This document shows, one piece after another, positions 25,482 to 38,920 of a stretch of 64,000 nucleotides of DNA. The notes below the pieces were generated by a model. That model did no database searches. It was not told the origin of the DNA and worked only from the letters and a program-made list of their open reading frames with translations. Positions within the stretch are counted from its first letter, which is position 1, and each line of letters begins with the position of its first letter. The stretch is taken from NCBI GenBank assembly GCA_964016885.1, contig OZ024747.1, forward strand, positions 88,040,001-88,104,000, read 5' to 3'. The position numbers were made by a program, and so were the translations under genes. Source of the stretch: Eledone cirrhosa. Taxonomy: Eukaryota.

Positions 25482-26685
25482 CTAGAATTTTTTCAATATG
25501 CTGACACGTGTATGAGTATATTATTATAAACACACAAACACAGACACACCTACAAAAATAAACACTCACAGCCATACATGTTAGACACTGTGAATGTTAG
25601 ACACTGTTTTCTGTAGTTTGTCATCACCCCTTCTTTCCTCAGTCATCTCGAGTGTGTGATGTCAACACCCCCTTCCTTCTTCAGTCATCGCTATTGTGTG
25701 ATGTCAACACCCCTTCCTTCCTCAGTCATCTCTAGTGTGTGACGTCATCACCCCTTCTTTCCTCAGTCATCTCTAGTGTGTGATGTCAACACCCCCTTCC
25801 TTCTTCAGTCATCGCTATTGTGCGATGTCAACACCCCTTCCTTCCTCAGTCATCTCTAGTGTGTGACGTCATCACCCCTTCTTTCCTCAGTCATCTCTAG
25901 TGTGTGATGTCAACACCCTTTCCTTCTTCAGTCATCGCTATTGTGTGATGTCAACACCCCTTCCTTCCTCAGTCATCTCTAGTGTGTGATGTCAACACCC
26001 CTTCCTTCTTCAGTCATCGCTATTGTGTGATGTCAACACCCCTTCCTTCCTCAGTCATCTCTAGTGTGTGACGTCATCACCCCTTCTTTCCTCAGTCATC
26101 TCTAGTGTGTGACATCAACACCCTTTCCTTCTTCAGTCATCGCTATTGTGTGATGTCAACACCCCTTCCTTCCTCAGTCATCTCTAGTGTGTGAAGTCAT
26201 CACCCCTTCTTTCCTCAGTCATCTCTAGTGTGTGATGTCAACACCCCTTCCTTCCTCAGTCATCGCTATTGTGATGTCAACACCCCTTCCTTCCTCAGTC
26301 ATCTCTAGTGCATGATGTCATCACCCCTTCCTTCCTCAGTCATCTCTAGTGCATGATGTCATCACCCCTTCCTTCCTCAGTCATCTCTAGTGTGTGATGT
26401 CAACACCCCTTCCTTCCTCAGTCATCTCTAGTGTGCGACGTCATCACCCCTTCTTTCCTCAGTCATCTCTAGTGTGTGACAACATCACCCCTTCTTTCCT
26501 CAGTCATCTCTAGTGTGTGACAACATCACCCCTTCCTTCCTCAGTCATCTCTAGCGCGTGATGTCATCACCCCTTCCTTCCTCAGTCATCTAGTGCATGA
26601 TGTCATCACCCCTTCCTTCCTCAATCATTGTTAATGGAAGGAGGGATGGACAAACAGACAGAAGTTGCTGAAATTATTATATAGA
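25482..26685 (-). mobile_element. Non-autonomous Helitron
   Basis: Minus strand starts A|TCTATATAATAAT...ctgtctgtttgtcc and ends CTAG|T. An imperfect hairpin (25495-25522) sits 9 nt from the CTAG. No TSD. Confidence 0.7.
25620..26625. repeat. 41-bp minisatellite, about 24 copies
   Basis: Unit gtcaacaccccttccttcctcagtcatctctagtgtgtgat; unit starts at ~25620, 25661, 25703 and 25744. Confidence 0.95.
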
Positions 26686-26778
26686 TTATTATTTGACCCC
26701 ATTCAGACCTGGTGTATCAGCTTCAGTTCTCGGTTTGCCATCACTTTTACACTCTGTCGTGATATATAAAGTAAAAGT

Positions 26779-26938
26779 CAGTGCCAGATTTAGGACAAAT
26801 GAAGCCCTGTGCTAGTTAAGTTATAAGGCCCCTTACTTGGGCCCTGAAGGAGGTAAAAAAAATGTTTTGGTCGGAAGATGACGTCTAACGGGGCCCTGTG
26901 CTTAAGCACATCTAAGCACATTGGTAAACCCGGCTCTG
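26779..26938. mobile_element. hAT-type MITE
   Basis: TIR cagtgccagattta/taaacccggctctg with a perfect 8-bp TSD gtaaaagt. Confidence 0.9.
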
Positions 26939-27749
26939 GTAAAAGTGTAAACTGTTGTTTTTGTTTTATTTATCTTACTCAATTCACATTTCCACTTCTT
27001 TGTTTCTAACTTGCATCGTGTTGGCTTTCCCAAAGCAGTTTTAACTACATATTTCACAGCACTTCATATTAACTATACTACTTTCTCTTTATTTCATTAA
27101 CTATTCTTGGTTTGCTGCAATTAACATCATACCACCACATCAGTCACCACAAATAACACCATGAATCATTCGATTAGTTAAGTAAATTGGGCTTGTTTCT
27201 GTTATGCAACTAACTCTTCACTGATTTCCATAGTTTCAGTAGAGATAAGTAAACTTAGTGACATTCTCCTTAGTTAGATCACTGAGTGTTAAGTAACAAC
27301 ACATTTTGCTATTAAGTGTTACTGCTTCTCTCTAAACACATTATAATCCTGCTTGATTGATATCCTAATTTATCACAGTTACATACTATTACCTTTATGG
27401 ATCTTACATCTCTTTACTGTTGTCATCATCAGCATCATATTTTATTGCTGTTTTTCCATGGGTCATTACAGACCAAGTGTGTACTTAAGCCTTTTGCTCC
27501 TGTCTTTTCCAATTAAAACTGCAATTTCACTAATATTTCATTGCTGTTTCTTTTCTTCCATATGTTTCAAAACTTTCAATTTGTTTAAACTTTGAATTCT
27601 TTTCTAGTGACAAACAGAACAAAGCTTTTATTTTATTGTTGCTGTATGATTAACGTTCTCGAGTTTTTTTGCTTTGAAGTTTTAAGTTGAAACCTTGTCA
27701 TAGACATTGTGTGTATCTAGTCAATAGCTATTACATTTTTTGTTGACAT

Positions 27750-28285
27750 AGGCAATTATGTGGTACTAGGTTTGATCCTACTGCATTGCATCTTGGGTAA
27801 GTGTCTTTGCCATAGCCTTGGATTGACTGAGACCTTGTGAGTGAAATTGGGTAAATAGAAGCTGTTTGGAAGCCTATTCGATGGATTGTGTTTGTATTTT
27901 AAAGGTCCAGCTTTGTTACATATTGTGTCACACTGATTCAGCTTTGGAACTATGTTAACTCTTTAGCATTTACGTTACTCTATATTTACTATTGTATTTT
28001 CACACTAAAGGCTTTATCTTATGTAATTATCTCACATAATATCAAATGTAAGAAATTTTGATGTTATTTATTTTGAGAACAATACCTTAATGTAGGTATG
28101 AGTGGCCAGATACAGCAGGTTTGAACAGAAAGAGGTGAGAGAGTTCTGGCTGGATACAGCTGGTTTAAATGCTAAAGGGTCAAAGGTACAAGTGTACATA
28201 ATACTCAGCCATTTACATGTTAATTCATGATTTAGTCATTCAGTTGAATAAACAACTGAATGCAAATCATTGAAACCATCAGAGA
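27750..28285 (+). mobile_element. SINE family C interrupted by a MITE
   Basis: Homologous to 12880-13180 on both sides of the MITE. Confidence 0.7.
27955..28183. mobile_element. piggyBac-type MITE family 1 (full length)
   Basis: ttaa-ctctttagcattta...taaatgctaaaggg-tcaa. Confidence 0.9.
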
Positions 28286-28685
28286 ATCCATGGAATCAGC
28301 TACGTTAAACATTAACAACTGAACAGTTAGGGAAAGGCACCTTGCTGCAAAAACACCTGTTTCAAGAATTTCTTCATAAATAGTTGAACATTAAGATTAG
28401 ACTAAATCAAATATAGAGATAAGTGTTCATGAAAATATGATGAATGTACTGAGGTTTTAAACCACTGAAAATATTATCATTAATTATATCATAATATCCC
28501 ATTATGATAATTGTTTCTGTTCACTGTCTTGATTTATTAGTCCTCGTAATTTCTTTTACATTTTTATTAGATCGATTTTAGTTTATCATGAATTATACAG
28601 ACCATAGATACTAAGTATTTTTAACATTGATTTCTAACATACAGACAAGAACACACATTTTGGGGAGGGTGTAGTTGATTATGTA

Positions 28686-28958
28686 AGGCAGTGAATTGGC
28701 AGAGTTGTTAGAATGTCAGATAGAATGCTTTATGGTATTCATTCCGGCTCTCTACTCTCTGAGTTCAGATCCCGCCGAGGTCAACTTTGCCTTTCATCCT
28801 TTCGAGGTCGATAAAAAAAAAGTACCAGTCTAGTACTGGGGTCAATTCTTACTCTATATCTCTTTCTCATTTCCTCTCTAACTTTCTATCTTTCTCTGGA
28901 AGAAATCTGCTGTACTCAGACCAGGAGAGAGATGGGCTCTGCCAGGCTTAAAATGGCC
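28686..28958 (+). mobile_element. SINE family A, extended-tail variant
   Basis: tRNA-like A/B boxes and gccgaggtcaactttgcctttcatcctttcgaggtcgataaa core. Confidence 0.9.
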
Positions 28959-29749
28959 ATGAGTTGGGGGTGGCTGTACAGCACCAACACCGCTGCACCT
29001 TACGCCCAGAGCCCATCACCCTCTCCCCTTTCTTCTGTGACTCCAGAGTCCTTGCTTTTCCTCTCATCTATGGCTTTATAGTCCTTTCCTCTACTTTCCT
29101 ATACAGCCAGATCTGACCTTCCTTACCCCTTCCCCATTTATGTTATTTATACAATTGTAAATAAAGATTGAGACAAAGTTACTGTTTTGGGTCTAATTCA
29201 ATTAACTATGACTTCCTTCCTATGAAAATTAATCTTTTATTTTCAAATTGAAATGAAATTTACAGCTCACACCTATGTAGAGGGTTTCTTGAGTGTTTTA
29301 ATGATGTGGGCTCCAGTCCTATCATGAAAAGCAATGTGAAAAGCAACATCTTGCTCAAGAATACAATGTCATCAAACCTATCATCTTAAGTCTGACACCC
29401 TAGCTACTAGACCATGTGCATTCACAAGAAATCTATTATTGCTGATAGTAGTTGCATATTTATAGTTCTGAGTTCAAATTCTGTAGAGTTGATTGTTGTT
29501 TTCATTCTTCTAGGATGTATAAATTAAGTTCCAGTAATATACTGCAGCAAATTCAAAGATTTAATCACTTTTTCCTACATAAATTGGCTTTAAATAGGAA
29601 TCACACCTTGATTTTAAAAAATTGATTTGTATATTTGCTGCTTTTATGAATTTGAACACTATAAGCCAAGCTTTTAAAACAAACTATAACTTTTTATTCA
29701 TTTTGTATTTACAATTCCCCTAAACTGTATTTTGTTGGTGGCATTGTCA

Positions 29750-30100
29750 TTATCATCATTTTTATGCCTGTTCCTTCATACTTGTATGGGTTGGAACCCA
29801 TACAAGTATGAAGGAACATGGTTCTTTTCCAACACAATTTCTCTTCACTTTTTGCATTCCTTCATCATCACTTCTGTGAGGTTACAGCATTCTGAGATCA
29901 GCTCTCACGACTTTTGCCCAGGTGTTTTCCTCAGTCTTCCTCTTTTGCAGCTTTCTTCCATTGAGAATGTTTGCCACTTTTTCACCCAATGATCATCCTC
30001 CATATGCATCACATGTCCATATCAGTGCAATTGTCCCTCTTATGCCCATATTGACCTTAACCTTGTCTATACTTTATCATTCTTGCACACTAACATGACA
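29750..30100 (-). mobile_element. Decayed RTE LINE 3' fragment
   Basis: catcacatgtccatatca reads as a (W)YGHVM remnant; ccaggtgttttcctcagtcttcctct reads as a GR.RKTP-like motif. Confidence 0.6.
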
Positions 30101-31174
30101 CTGTGTTGTAGGTTAATTGCTGAACATTTAAATGAGTTTCATTGCATTCCTGTTCAGAATAGTTGTTAATTTACAAAGAAAAAGAGGTGAGAAATTATTG
30201 ATTTAAAGTTAGAAATGGATCAAAGCTCCGCCTCCTCTTCCTCATTAGTTCTTACATAAAATTATGATGGAAAATTTTAGATGAACATAAACTCTTTAAA
30301 ACCAACAGTCTTATGTCATAAAACAGGGGCAGTTTCATATGAAAAAGGTTTAACTTAATCAAATTATATAGAAACTTTGTTGTTAATTTCTTTCTAATAG
30401 TTGTAGGGCTATGCATGTATAAATTGTTTGGAGAAGAATTTTATAGTCTAATTGGTAATAATGTCAGGATTATTTGGAGTTTGATTTTTCCAATGTCAGA
30501 AAATGCAGGTCTGACACTCAAAAGTCTAACACTGCAATTATGAAGATAATGCTTTGTTTATTTTCACTAATTTAGTTTGAGAAAAATATAATAATGATTG
30601 AAACATTATATAAAGATGAACATTTCCAACCAATGCAATTCTTCAAAGCTTTTGAATATCTAATTTTATTTCCTTCATTTTTGAAATGTGGTATCTCACT
30701 GAATGAAAATGTCTTTAGAAATGTATCCAATTTCCTATTCAGAAGAAAATCATACAAAAACTCTTTCTTTTAATAATAAAAATGTATTTTTTCTTTGTTT
30801 AAATCTGTGAGCTAATTACAAACCAAATAGCGTCCACTCTTATATAATTGCTTTCTAAACTATTGCTTTTGGTTATAGTTTTTGTTTTGCATTCTTTATG
30901 TATATTCAGTTTATAGTCCAATTATTAAAATCTTTTGTTGGTAGCAGCTTATCATATAAGGTTTTGGTTTATTATATTTCATTTTTTTTTATTTCTTCAT
31001 TCTTAGTCTGTGCTTTTGTTTTTTAATTTATCATTTTGCTAATCAATCAACCTTGAAGTTTATTGAAAAAATTCTGCATGTATGCAGAAATGAGACACTT
31101 TATTTTGCAACATCTGCTGTTTATATATTTATAACTTGAAGATTTTGTATTTATTTCCATTAACCCTTTTAGTT

Positions 31175-31440
31175 AATGTGGCCTAGTGATAAAGGTGTTG
31201 GACTTACGATCATAATGTCATGGGTTTGATTCCTGGGATGGGTTGCCTATTGTATTCTTGAGCAAAACACTTCATTTCACATTGCTCTGCTGAAAATGAG
31301 TACCAGCAATAGCTGAGGGTTTAACCCTGTGATGGACTGGCATCCTGTCCAGGTGGGGAGTCTTGTACTCACTTCACACCATTAAACCGGGATAAGCACT
31401 GGTCTAACGAGCCTTAAATAGCTTAAGACAGACTTTAGAC
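31175..31440 (+). mobile_element. SINE family B variant
   Basis: tRNA head, ttcttgagcaaaacacttcatttcacattgctc, accctgtgatggactggcatcctgtcc. Homologue at 41395-41830. Confidence 0.75.
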
Positions 31441-32246
31441 TTCTAATACCAACCTGCCTGAAACAGCTCTTAGTTCTATGATACAAAACTGCCTGTTTTA
31501 AACTTCTTATATTTATCTAAAAACCTACCATGATTTTATGTAAGAACCTTTATCAAGTTGAAAACTCTATAGTATAATAATTGTACTAATGTCAGAACTT
31601 CTAAATTAAACTATTCGATTCTAACAATTCGTATAATCCACCACCCCTGTATTGGTACTTTATTTATTGACCTTGAAAGGATGGTTGGAAAAGTTGATCA
31701 TGACAGGATTTGAACTCAGAGTACAGTGAGCCAGATCAAATGCCAAAGCATGTAATCCAATGCTCTAATGATTCTGCCAATTTGGTGATTGAAGGAGAGT
31801 GAGTGAATTTAACTAATAAAATGTATTGAATATTTTTTATTATGTTGGAAGTTTTATAATTACCAGATGGTTCTGACTACTGTATCATAACTGGTTGATG
31901 GGAAGAATATTTTCTATTGGTGATAAAGTGTTGAATTTCTTGTTAGTAAATATATTTCTGCATTTTCTCTTCTTTATTGTAAAACCAGCTATCTTGTTTA
32001 TTGATTGCTTAATAGATGGTTTAAGACTTTAAGAACAGATGTCTGATGAATGTTTTAGCTGTACTATTAAAATAATTTTTAAATGGAAGTTTCTTTGCTT
32101 CTTTTGGAAAGTATGGTTAAAGAAGTATAGAAGATAAATTTCCTCATACCAAATATTGATTTTGCAAAGTGTATTTAATGTTTGTAATATAGGTGTCAAT
32201 TAATTGTGTTTTTGTATAACTTCTATTCACCATTATTTTGTCTTGA

Positions 32247-32431
32247 GGGTGGTGGATTGGCAGTATCAGTAGAGAGTCGGACGCCATGCTTTCCAGCATA
32301 GTTACGTCCCTTTACGGTCTGTGTTCAAATCCCGCCGAGGTTAACTTTGCCTTTCATCCTTCCGGGGTCGATAAAATAAAGTACCAGTAATGTACTGGGT
32401 AATTGCTGGCCTTGTGCCAAAAGTAGAAACA
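32247..32431 (+). mobile_element. Young SINE family A copy with 15-bp TSD
   Basis: Full-length, CpG-rich, flanked by attattttgtcttga at 32232-32246 and 32432-32446. Confidence 0.95.
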
Positions 32432-32461
32432 ATTATTTTGTCTTGATATAAGTTTAGAAAA

Positions 32462-32634
32462 TTAACCCTTTAGCATTTTAAACTGACCATATCTGGTCAC
32501 TAATACCGACGTTAAGGTATTAGTCTCGAAATAAATAATATTAAAGTCTCACAACGTCGATATTATGTGAGATAAAGCCTGTTCTGTGAAAATACAGTAG
32601 AAAATATAGAGTAATGTAAATATTAATGGGTTAA
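32462..32634. mobile_element. piggyBac-type MITE family 1
   Basis: TTAA flanks and TIRs; internal deletions. Confidence 0.85.
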
Positions 32635-33329
32635 CTCCCTCTATTTCATTGTATCTTTCTTTAGGTTTCTCTGTCAGTTACAAATCATCCAGATCAGTTC
32701 AAATATGTTTCATAGGTTTCTTTGTAGTTATTTCAATTTTATTTTTACAAAGTTATGTCATTTGTTCTATGCATTTGTATCATCCATTTTTATCATACAC
32801 TTTCTGATTCAGTCTTGTAAGTTGAAAACATCAAAAGTGATTCTTCTTAATGTGTAGCTTAACTTGTAGCTCTTCTGAAATTAACCTCTAAATGGTTATA
32901 CTCCTTGGTTGAAATTGACATCAGTGGTGTTAATGGGTTCTTTAGTTTTAGTATGATAATACTGTTTTTCCCTCTAGCTATAAGCAGTGCAATTGTTAAG
33001 GAATTTGCTGCAAGATTGTTGTAGGTTCTGCACATATCTAGAGACCATAGGCTATGTGTTTAATGTTCAGGGTTTGGAGTTAGGAAATATTGTAAACATA
33101 AAAGCTCTCTTGCTGACTGAGGTGGGTGTGTCATATAGTTTGTATGGAAAATGAAAGAATTATAAAGTATCTACTCCAAGGAGAACTATGTCCTAAAGAA
33201 AGACATTCCTTGCAAACTGAAGTTAAGATAAAATCTGATCTGAAAAAAGGGATTATTTATGTGGGAAGTTGGTAAATCTGGCTTCTGTAGATCTAAATTT
33301 ATCAAACATTGCTCTCCTGTGCTTGTCAC

Positions 33330-33630
33330 TCACCAGTAGTCTGTTACCCTCAAGCAAAAGCAACCTTGTTACACTTGATAACAGCACAGCCTTTAACTCT
33401 GCCTGGCATGAGAATATCCCAGCTAAAGTACCCATGATTCCATTCCATCTGGCTATCAACTCTTGGATTGGAAAACTTTGTCAGACACAACATTGCAGTT
33501 TGTGTTAACAGGACTCTTTTCAACCCAAAATTAAAATGTCACCCACCCTATTTCTTTTGTACATTAGTGACCTACTTTTTCTTTCTTCTAATAACACACA
33601 ATCTTATGCAGATGATTACACAATTTTAAC
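33330..33630 (+). mobile_element. CR1/Jockey-group LINE RT fragment
   Basis: LDNSTAFNSAWHENI and SPTLFLLYISDLL...SYADD RT motifs. Confidence 0.8.
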
Positions 33631-34015
33631 CATCTTAACATGTAAATTAGATTCACAATCCTTCCATAAAAACATCTCCACTGAAGGCGTTTCATTAAAC
33701 AACACATGCTATTGTTACCAACATCAAACAAACTGTCTCGTATCACATTTGCTGTTTATATGAATCTATAATTAAAACTCTTAAATTTGCTACAAATTGT
33801 TGGTCTCACAATATTTGATTTCTTATGACAATCCCACATATACAACACTGTCAAAATTAAGATTCTTCTATAGAGTTAAGAAATACTTTATTGCTGTTAC
33901 AAAGCTCAAACAAAACCCACATTGAGGTTCTGGGACATTACTACTCTATAGATGCAAATATTGCAGACCACATTCAACATTTGACTGATTGACAAAGATT
34001 CATTCATCAAGGAGT

Positions 34016-34244
34016 TTAACCCTTTAGCATTTAAACTGGCTGTATCTGGCCAGAATTCTTTCACCTCTTTTTGTTCAAACCGGCTGTAACTGGCCACTCA
34101 TACCGATGTTTAGGTATTGTTCTCAAAAGAAATAATATCAAAATCTCATAGATTCGATGTTATGTGAGATAATTATGTGAGGTAAAGTCTTTACTGTGAA
34201 AAAAGAATAGTAAATATAGAGTAATGTAAATGCTAAAGCGTTAA
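34016..34244. mobile_element. piggyBac-type MITE family 1 (full length)
   Basis: ttaa-ccctttagcattta...taaatgctaaagcg-ttaa. Confidence 0.92.
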
Positions 34245-34748
34245 CAAAAAGAGATTGATGAAATAAGTACCAGATATGAAAAAATATGTATTGGGGTTGA
34301 TCCACAAAATCCCTTCAAAGAGGTGTTTCTCAGCATGGCTACAGTCTGATGACTGAAACTAATAAAAGAAAAGATGGATAGAAAAATGTAACTTTGACCA
34401 GTAGCTCACATATGCAACCTTTCTTCTCTCTTATCTTTTTCATTGCTATTACAATGGTCTTCATCTCTCTGAACTAGCAAGTAGATATAAATATACTTGA
34501 TACATTTTATGTGTGTTTCAATAATCTGCTATAATAAGAAATATCACAGAAGTGTCTCCTGTGTGACCATTCAGTTAATATTGTTTAGCACATGCACAAT
34601 CTAGCAGGGAAAACAGGCATTAGATGATAAATATATATTGTTTTATATATAATATCAAAATCTTCTCATAAAATGGAAGGAAATAAGAACAAAATATGTT
34701 TTCACTTTAACATGGTGGATACCTAAATATATTATAAAAATATTATAA

Positions 34749-34938
34749 GGGCAGTGAATTGGCAGTATCGGTAGAGGGTTGGACTCCATGCTTTCCAGCA
34801 TAGTTACGGCCCTTTACAGTCTGAGTTCAAGTCCTGCCGAGGTTAACTTTGTCTTTCATCCTTATGGGGTCGATAGAATAAAATACCAGTAATACACTGG
34901 GATAATTGTTGGCCTTGTGCCAACAGTAGAAACAATTA
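34749..34938 (+). mobile_element. SINE family A
   Basis: Full-length match to 32247-32431. Confidence 0.9.
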
Positions 34939-35339
34939 TAATAATATTATTATTGAATTGTATAATGATTTTAATGTTTTGTGTTGCATACATATTATTG
35001 ATATATTGACTAGATGGTCACAGCTGGAACACCTTTATGTTGTTTCCTATTATAAGAGCTCATTGAAACGAATAAAATTTGAGGAAGTAAATATATTTGT
35101 AGCTATGTATATACACAAATTAAAGTACATAGCAGTGTATAAACTGAAACAAAGTACATTCCATCATTTTACTGCTTCTGTTTTATATTTAACTTATGAA
35201 TCATTTAGAAACAACTTGATCAATATGATCTTTGATATGGGAATACTTATGAAATATAATGAACACTTAGTATTATCGATTTCATTTAATACTACCACTA
35301 TTATGCATGCATGGTCCCATAACTCCTAAAGAAGTCATA

Positions 35340-35645
35340 GAAGTGCCATATTGACATATAACATTTCTAGGGCATTTTAAAACCTGGTGGAGCCCATCTC
35401 TCTCCAGGTCTGAATATAGCAGATTTCTTCCAGAGACGGATATATAGTGAAGGAGAGGAAGTGAGAAAAAAGATATAGACGAAGAATTGACCAAACTACT
35501 AGACTGGTACTTTCTTTTATCGACCTCAAAAAGATGAAAGGCAAAGCTGACCTCACGGGATTTGAACTCAAAGAGCAGATAGTCGAAATGAATACCACAA
35601 AGCATTTTATCCGACGTTCTAATGACTCTGCCAATTCGCCACCTA
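35340..35645 (-). mobile_element. SINE family A, extended-tail variant
   Basis: Reverse complement of the 28686-28958 type. Confidence 0.85.
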
Positions 35646-36122
35646 CCACTGGGGGCAAAGTATAGTTGTGAGGCTCAGGAGTTTGCTTTGTAATCATGTA
35701 GTTTTGAGTCCAGTTCTACTGCGCAGTTCCTTGGGCAAATGTCATCTACTATAGCTTAGAGTTGACAAATACTTTGTGAGGCAGATTTGGTAGATGAACG
35801 TTAAATGATGGTGATGATATATATATATGTGTGTCTGTGTGTGATAAATTAAGCACCAGACATAAAAAAAGTAAACACTGTGTATAATACACAAAAAATA
35901 CAGTATGTATGTGCACACGTCTGTGTGTGTGTATATATATATGTGTATATGTATTTGTGTGTGTATATGTATATATATATATATATGTCTAACCCATGCC
36001 AGCATGGAAGATAGACGTTAAACGATGATGATGATGATTTGTGTCATCATCATCATCTTCGTTTAACATCCGTTTTCCACACTAGCATGGGTTGTATTTG
36101 TGTGTGTCTATACGTATGTATA

Positions 36123-36154
<32 letters not shown>

Positions 36155-37056
36155 CACATGTTTGTGTGTGTATATAACTTATGTGGCTATCTTTAACAGG
36201 AACAAACTAAGGTTAGTGGACTCAATGTTATGGATTCAAATCGATTTCATTTAACCTTTCACATTGCTGAAATCAATAAACTAACAATGATACATCAATA
36301 GAAGTCAATCTACGAGATTTCAAGGAGAAATAAAACAAGAAGTGAACACCTAAAACTCAATGTATCTATTAAATATATCTACTTTGAAAGGCTTTTCATT
36401 TAATGCTCTATTATAATAAATTGAATGGTTTAGCAATACACAAATAATGTTTTTGCAAGGATTAAGAGCAGAAAAATAATCAATGATTTTTTTCTAAACT
36501 AGATGTTAATATAATTAATGGAAACAGTGCAAGCCCTAAATACATATGTCAGAGACAGTGTGTATAAACATGGTGTGTATATGACAATCTCTCACCAACT
36601 AGTTTGGGCTGTTACCATTGGGCACTACATATACACATACATACATACATACACATGACACTAAGCTAAATTTTCCATGTAGAAAATGTATGTACTTTGT
36701 AAAAAAGACATATATTTTATTTATTCCATCCGCACTTACTCATTTATGTGCAATGTTTACGAATATACAACTATGAATATGAAAAACCATGTGAAAATAT
36801 GTGTGAAAACTATGTTAAGGTATACGTGTCCACAATTTCAAACAATTGCAGGTTATTAGTGAAAAACATAAACATGAGCTGAATAGCAGAAAGTATAGCC
36901 AAGGAGACACAGATTTCCCAGCAACCAGTTTAACAAGTATTACAGAAAAAAAAAAAAATGTTATCAATATACATAATTTCTATTTTTATTTGGATACTTT
37001 TAGCTCAATACTCCTTTCAATGTTTGTATATTATTTATGTACTAAATATATACATA

Positions 37057-37420
37057 CATCATCATCATCGTTTAACATCCATCTTCCATGCTAGCATGAG
37101 TTAACTGGGTTGTCCCGTTTGAGGCATGTTGGGTCAGGTTACCATGTCTTGCTCATACAGAAAAGTTTCTGGCTTGGTTTCTATGGTTGGATGACCTTCC
37201 TAATGCCAACCACATTTACAGTGTGGGCTGGGTGCCTTTTGTCATGACATTTACATGACCATATTACAGTGCGGGCTAGGAACTTTTTGTTGTGACGCCT
37301 ACATGACCACTTTACAGTGCAGGCTGGGAGTTTTTTGTCGTGACACCTACATTACCTCTTTACAGTGCGGGGTGGGAGCTTTTTATCGTGACACCTACAT
37401 ATTTGAGTCCGTGCGCCTGG
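37057..37420 (-). mobile_element. RTE 3' UTR fragment with tandem ~47-bp subunits
   Basis: (CAT)n, ccatgctagcatg, then four ttacagtg.gggct...ttttgt.gtgaca units. Confidence 0.75.
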
Positions 37421-37534
37421 CATTATTGGAATAATTGAATGTACAACTCTCTTGAAACATGTGTAAGGAATTAGAAATGATTTAAAAGCTAATTTTTCCA
37501 TTTATATACACGATTATATTATATACTTGAATCA

Positions 37535-37910
37535 TCATCATCATCATCACCATTTAATGTCTATTTTCCATGCTTGCATGAGTTATATGAGTCGTCCACA
37601 TTATGAGACAAGTATGGCAAGTTAGCTGCGCCGTACCTTGCTCAAATGGAACTATATTTTGGCAGGGAATTTTACACCAACCACATCGGAACTAGTTGGT
37701 TGTGATATGAGACAAGTATGGCCAGATGGTTGTGCTGAACCCTGCTCACAGCGGAACTATAAATTGGGAACTGGGTGGTCCCATTATGAGGGAAGTCTGG
37801 CCAGTTGACCACACCATGACCTGCTCATAGTGGGGCCATATTACTGGGTGGTCCTGTTATGAGGCAAGTGTGGCCAAATAGCTGCGCCATACCTTGCACA
37901 TATTGGGACT
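37535..37910 (-). repeat. RTE-tail-related repeat with four diverged internal subunits
   Basis: tatgag(a/g)caagt.tggc...ccttgctca recurs at ~37600, 37706, 37785 and 37858. Confidence 0.65.
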
Positions 37911-37989
37911 GTTTTAAATATATATATTAATAATAAATATGAAGACCAAAATCTAAAGAGGGCTTGATAAGGATTGTGTGTATATATAT

Positions 37990-38310
37990 CATCATCATCA
38001 TCATCATTTCATTTTACGTCCGCTTTTCCCTGCTTGCAAGGGTGGGACGGGAACTGATTCTGGCATGATTTCTACAGCTGGATGCCCTTCCTAACACCAA
38101 CCTCATTTACAGTGAGTGCTGGGTGCTTTTTTGCCATGGCACCTCCACGACCACTTTGCAGTGGAATGATATGGACCCCAGTCCCTATCATCTCATTTCT
38201 ACAGCTGAGTAAACTGGAGCAATGTGAAATAAAGTCTCTTGCTCAAGGAAACAACACATCACCCGGTCTTTGCAAAGCCAATGCTCTAACCACTAAGCCA
38301 TGTGCCTCCA
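37990..38310 (-). mobile_element. Composite SINE (tRNA/CORE-like head plus RTE tail)
   Basis: Near-identical inverted copy of 45635-45908. Confidence 0.85.
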
Positions 38311-38479
38311 TTATATATATATATATATATATATTTAAAAAAAACCCATAGAGCAAAATTGAAACAGTTTCACACACATCTTTGAATAGTAACAGTGGTA
38401 ACCACTGAATGTCATAGAAGCTATTCTAATTATGAGAATAAATTTCCTACATAATTTACTCAGGTACAGTCACCCACAT

Positions 38480-38920
38480 GAAAAGCAGTAGTCAAATTCT
38501 TTTCTTCTTTTTCTTGCTCTTGGTCAATGAGGCTGGGCTCATCCTTGACCAATGGCTTCAAAGCATCATCATGCATAAAGCTGAGCAGGTCCATCAGTGT
38601 CCTCCATTGCTGGCAGTCCCAAGCCAGCTCCTTTGCATCCTCCAAAGTGAAGTCAAGCCTCCAGAGGTATCCAGCCATCCGGCAGGGGGCCTGCAGCACT
38701 GTGTCGAGTGAGAGTAAGGCCCTGGTAGGATGATCTGGTGGAAAGCGGAAGACATGTCTGTACCAGGGCATATGGTAGATAGCTATGAGTCAGGAAGCTG
38801 TGGGCTGATGCGTGCACATATGCAACACTGATGTTTTTGATGATCCTCAGGGCCTAACCAGACGGCTGCAGCCAACGACTCCTGCTGACTTGATCCAGTC
38901 ACTCCTGATGAAGTCAGAGC
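38480..38920 (-). mobile_element. RTE-type LINE 3' fragment
   Basis: PWYRHVFRFPPDHPTRALL...LEDAKELAWDCQQWRTLM. Confidence 0.75.

Noticed and set aside
25620-26625. CRISPR-like regular array
   Set aside because: The units are contiguous tandem copies with no unique spacers, there are no cas genes, and the context is eukaryotic.
32247-32340. tRNA gene-like A/B boxes
   Set aside because: These are SINE heads; there is no intact cloverleaf.
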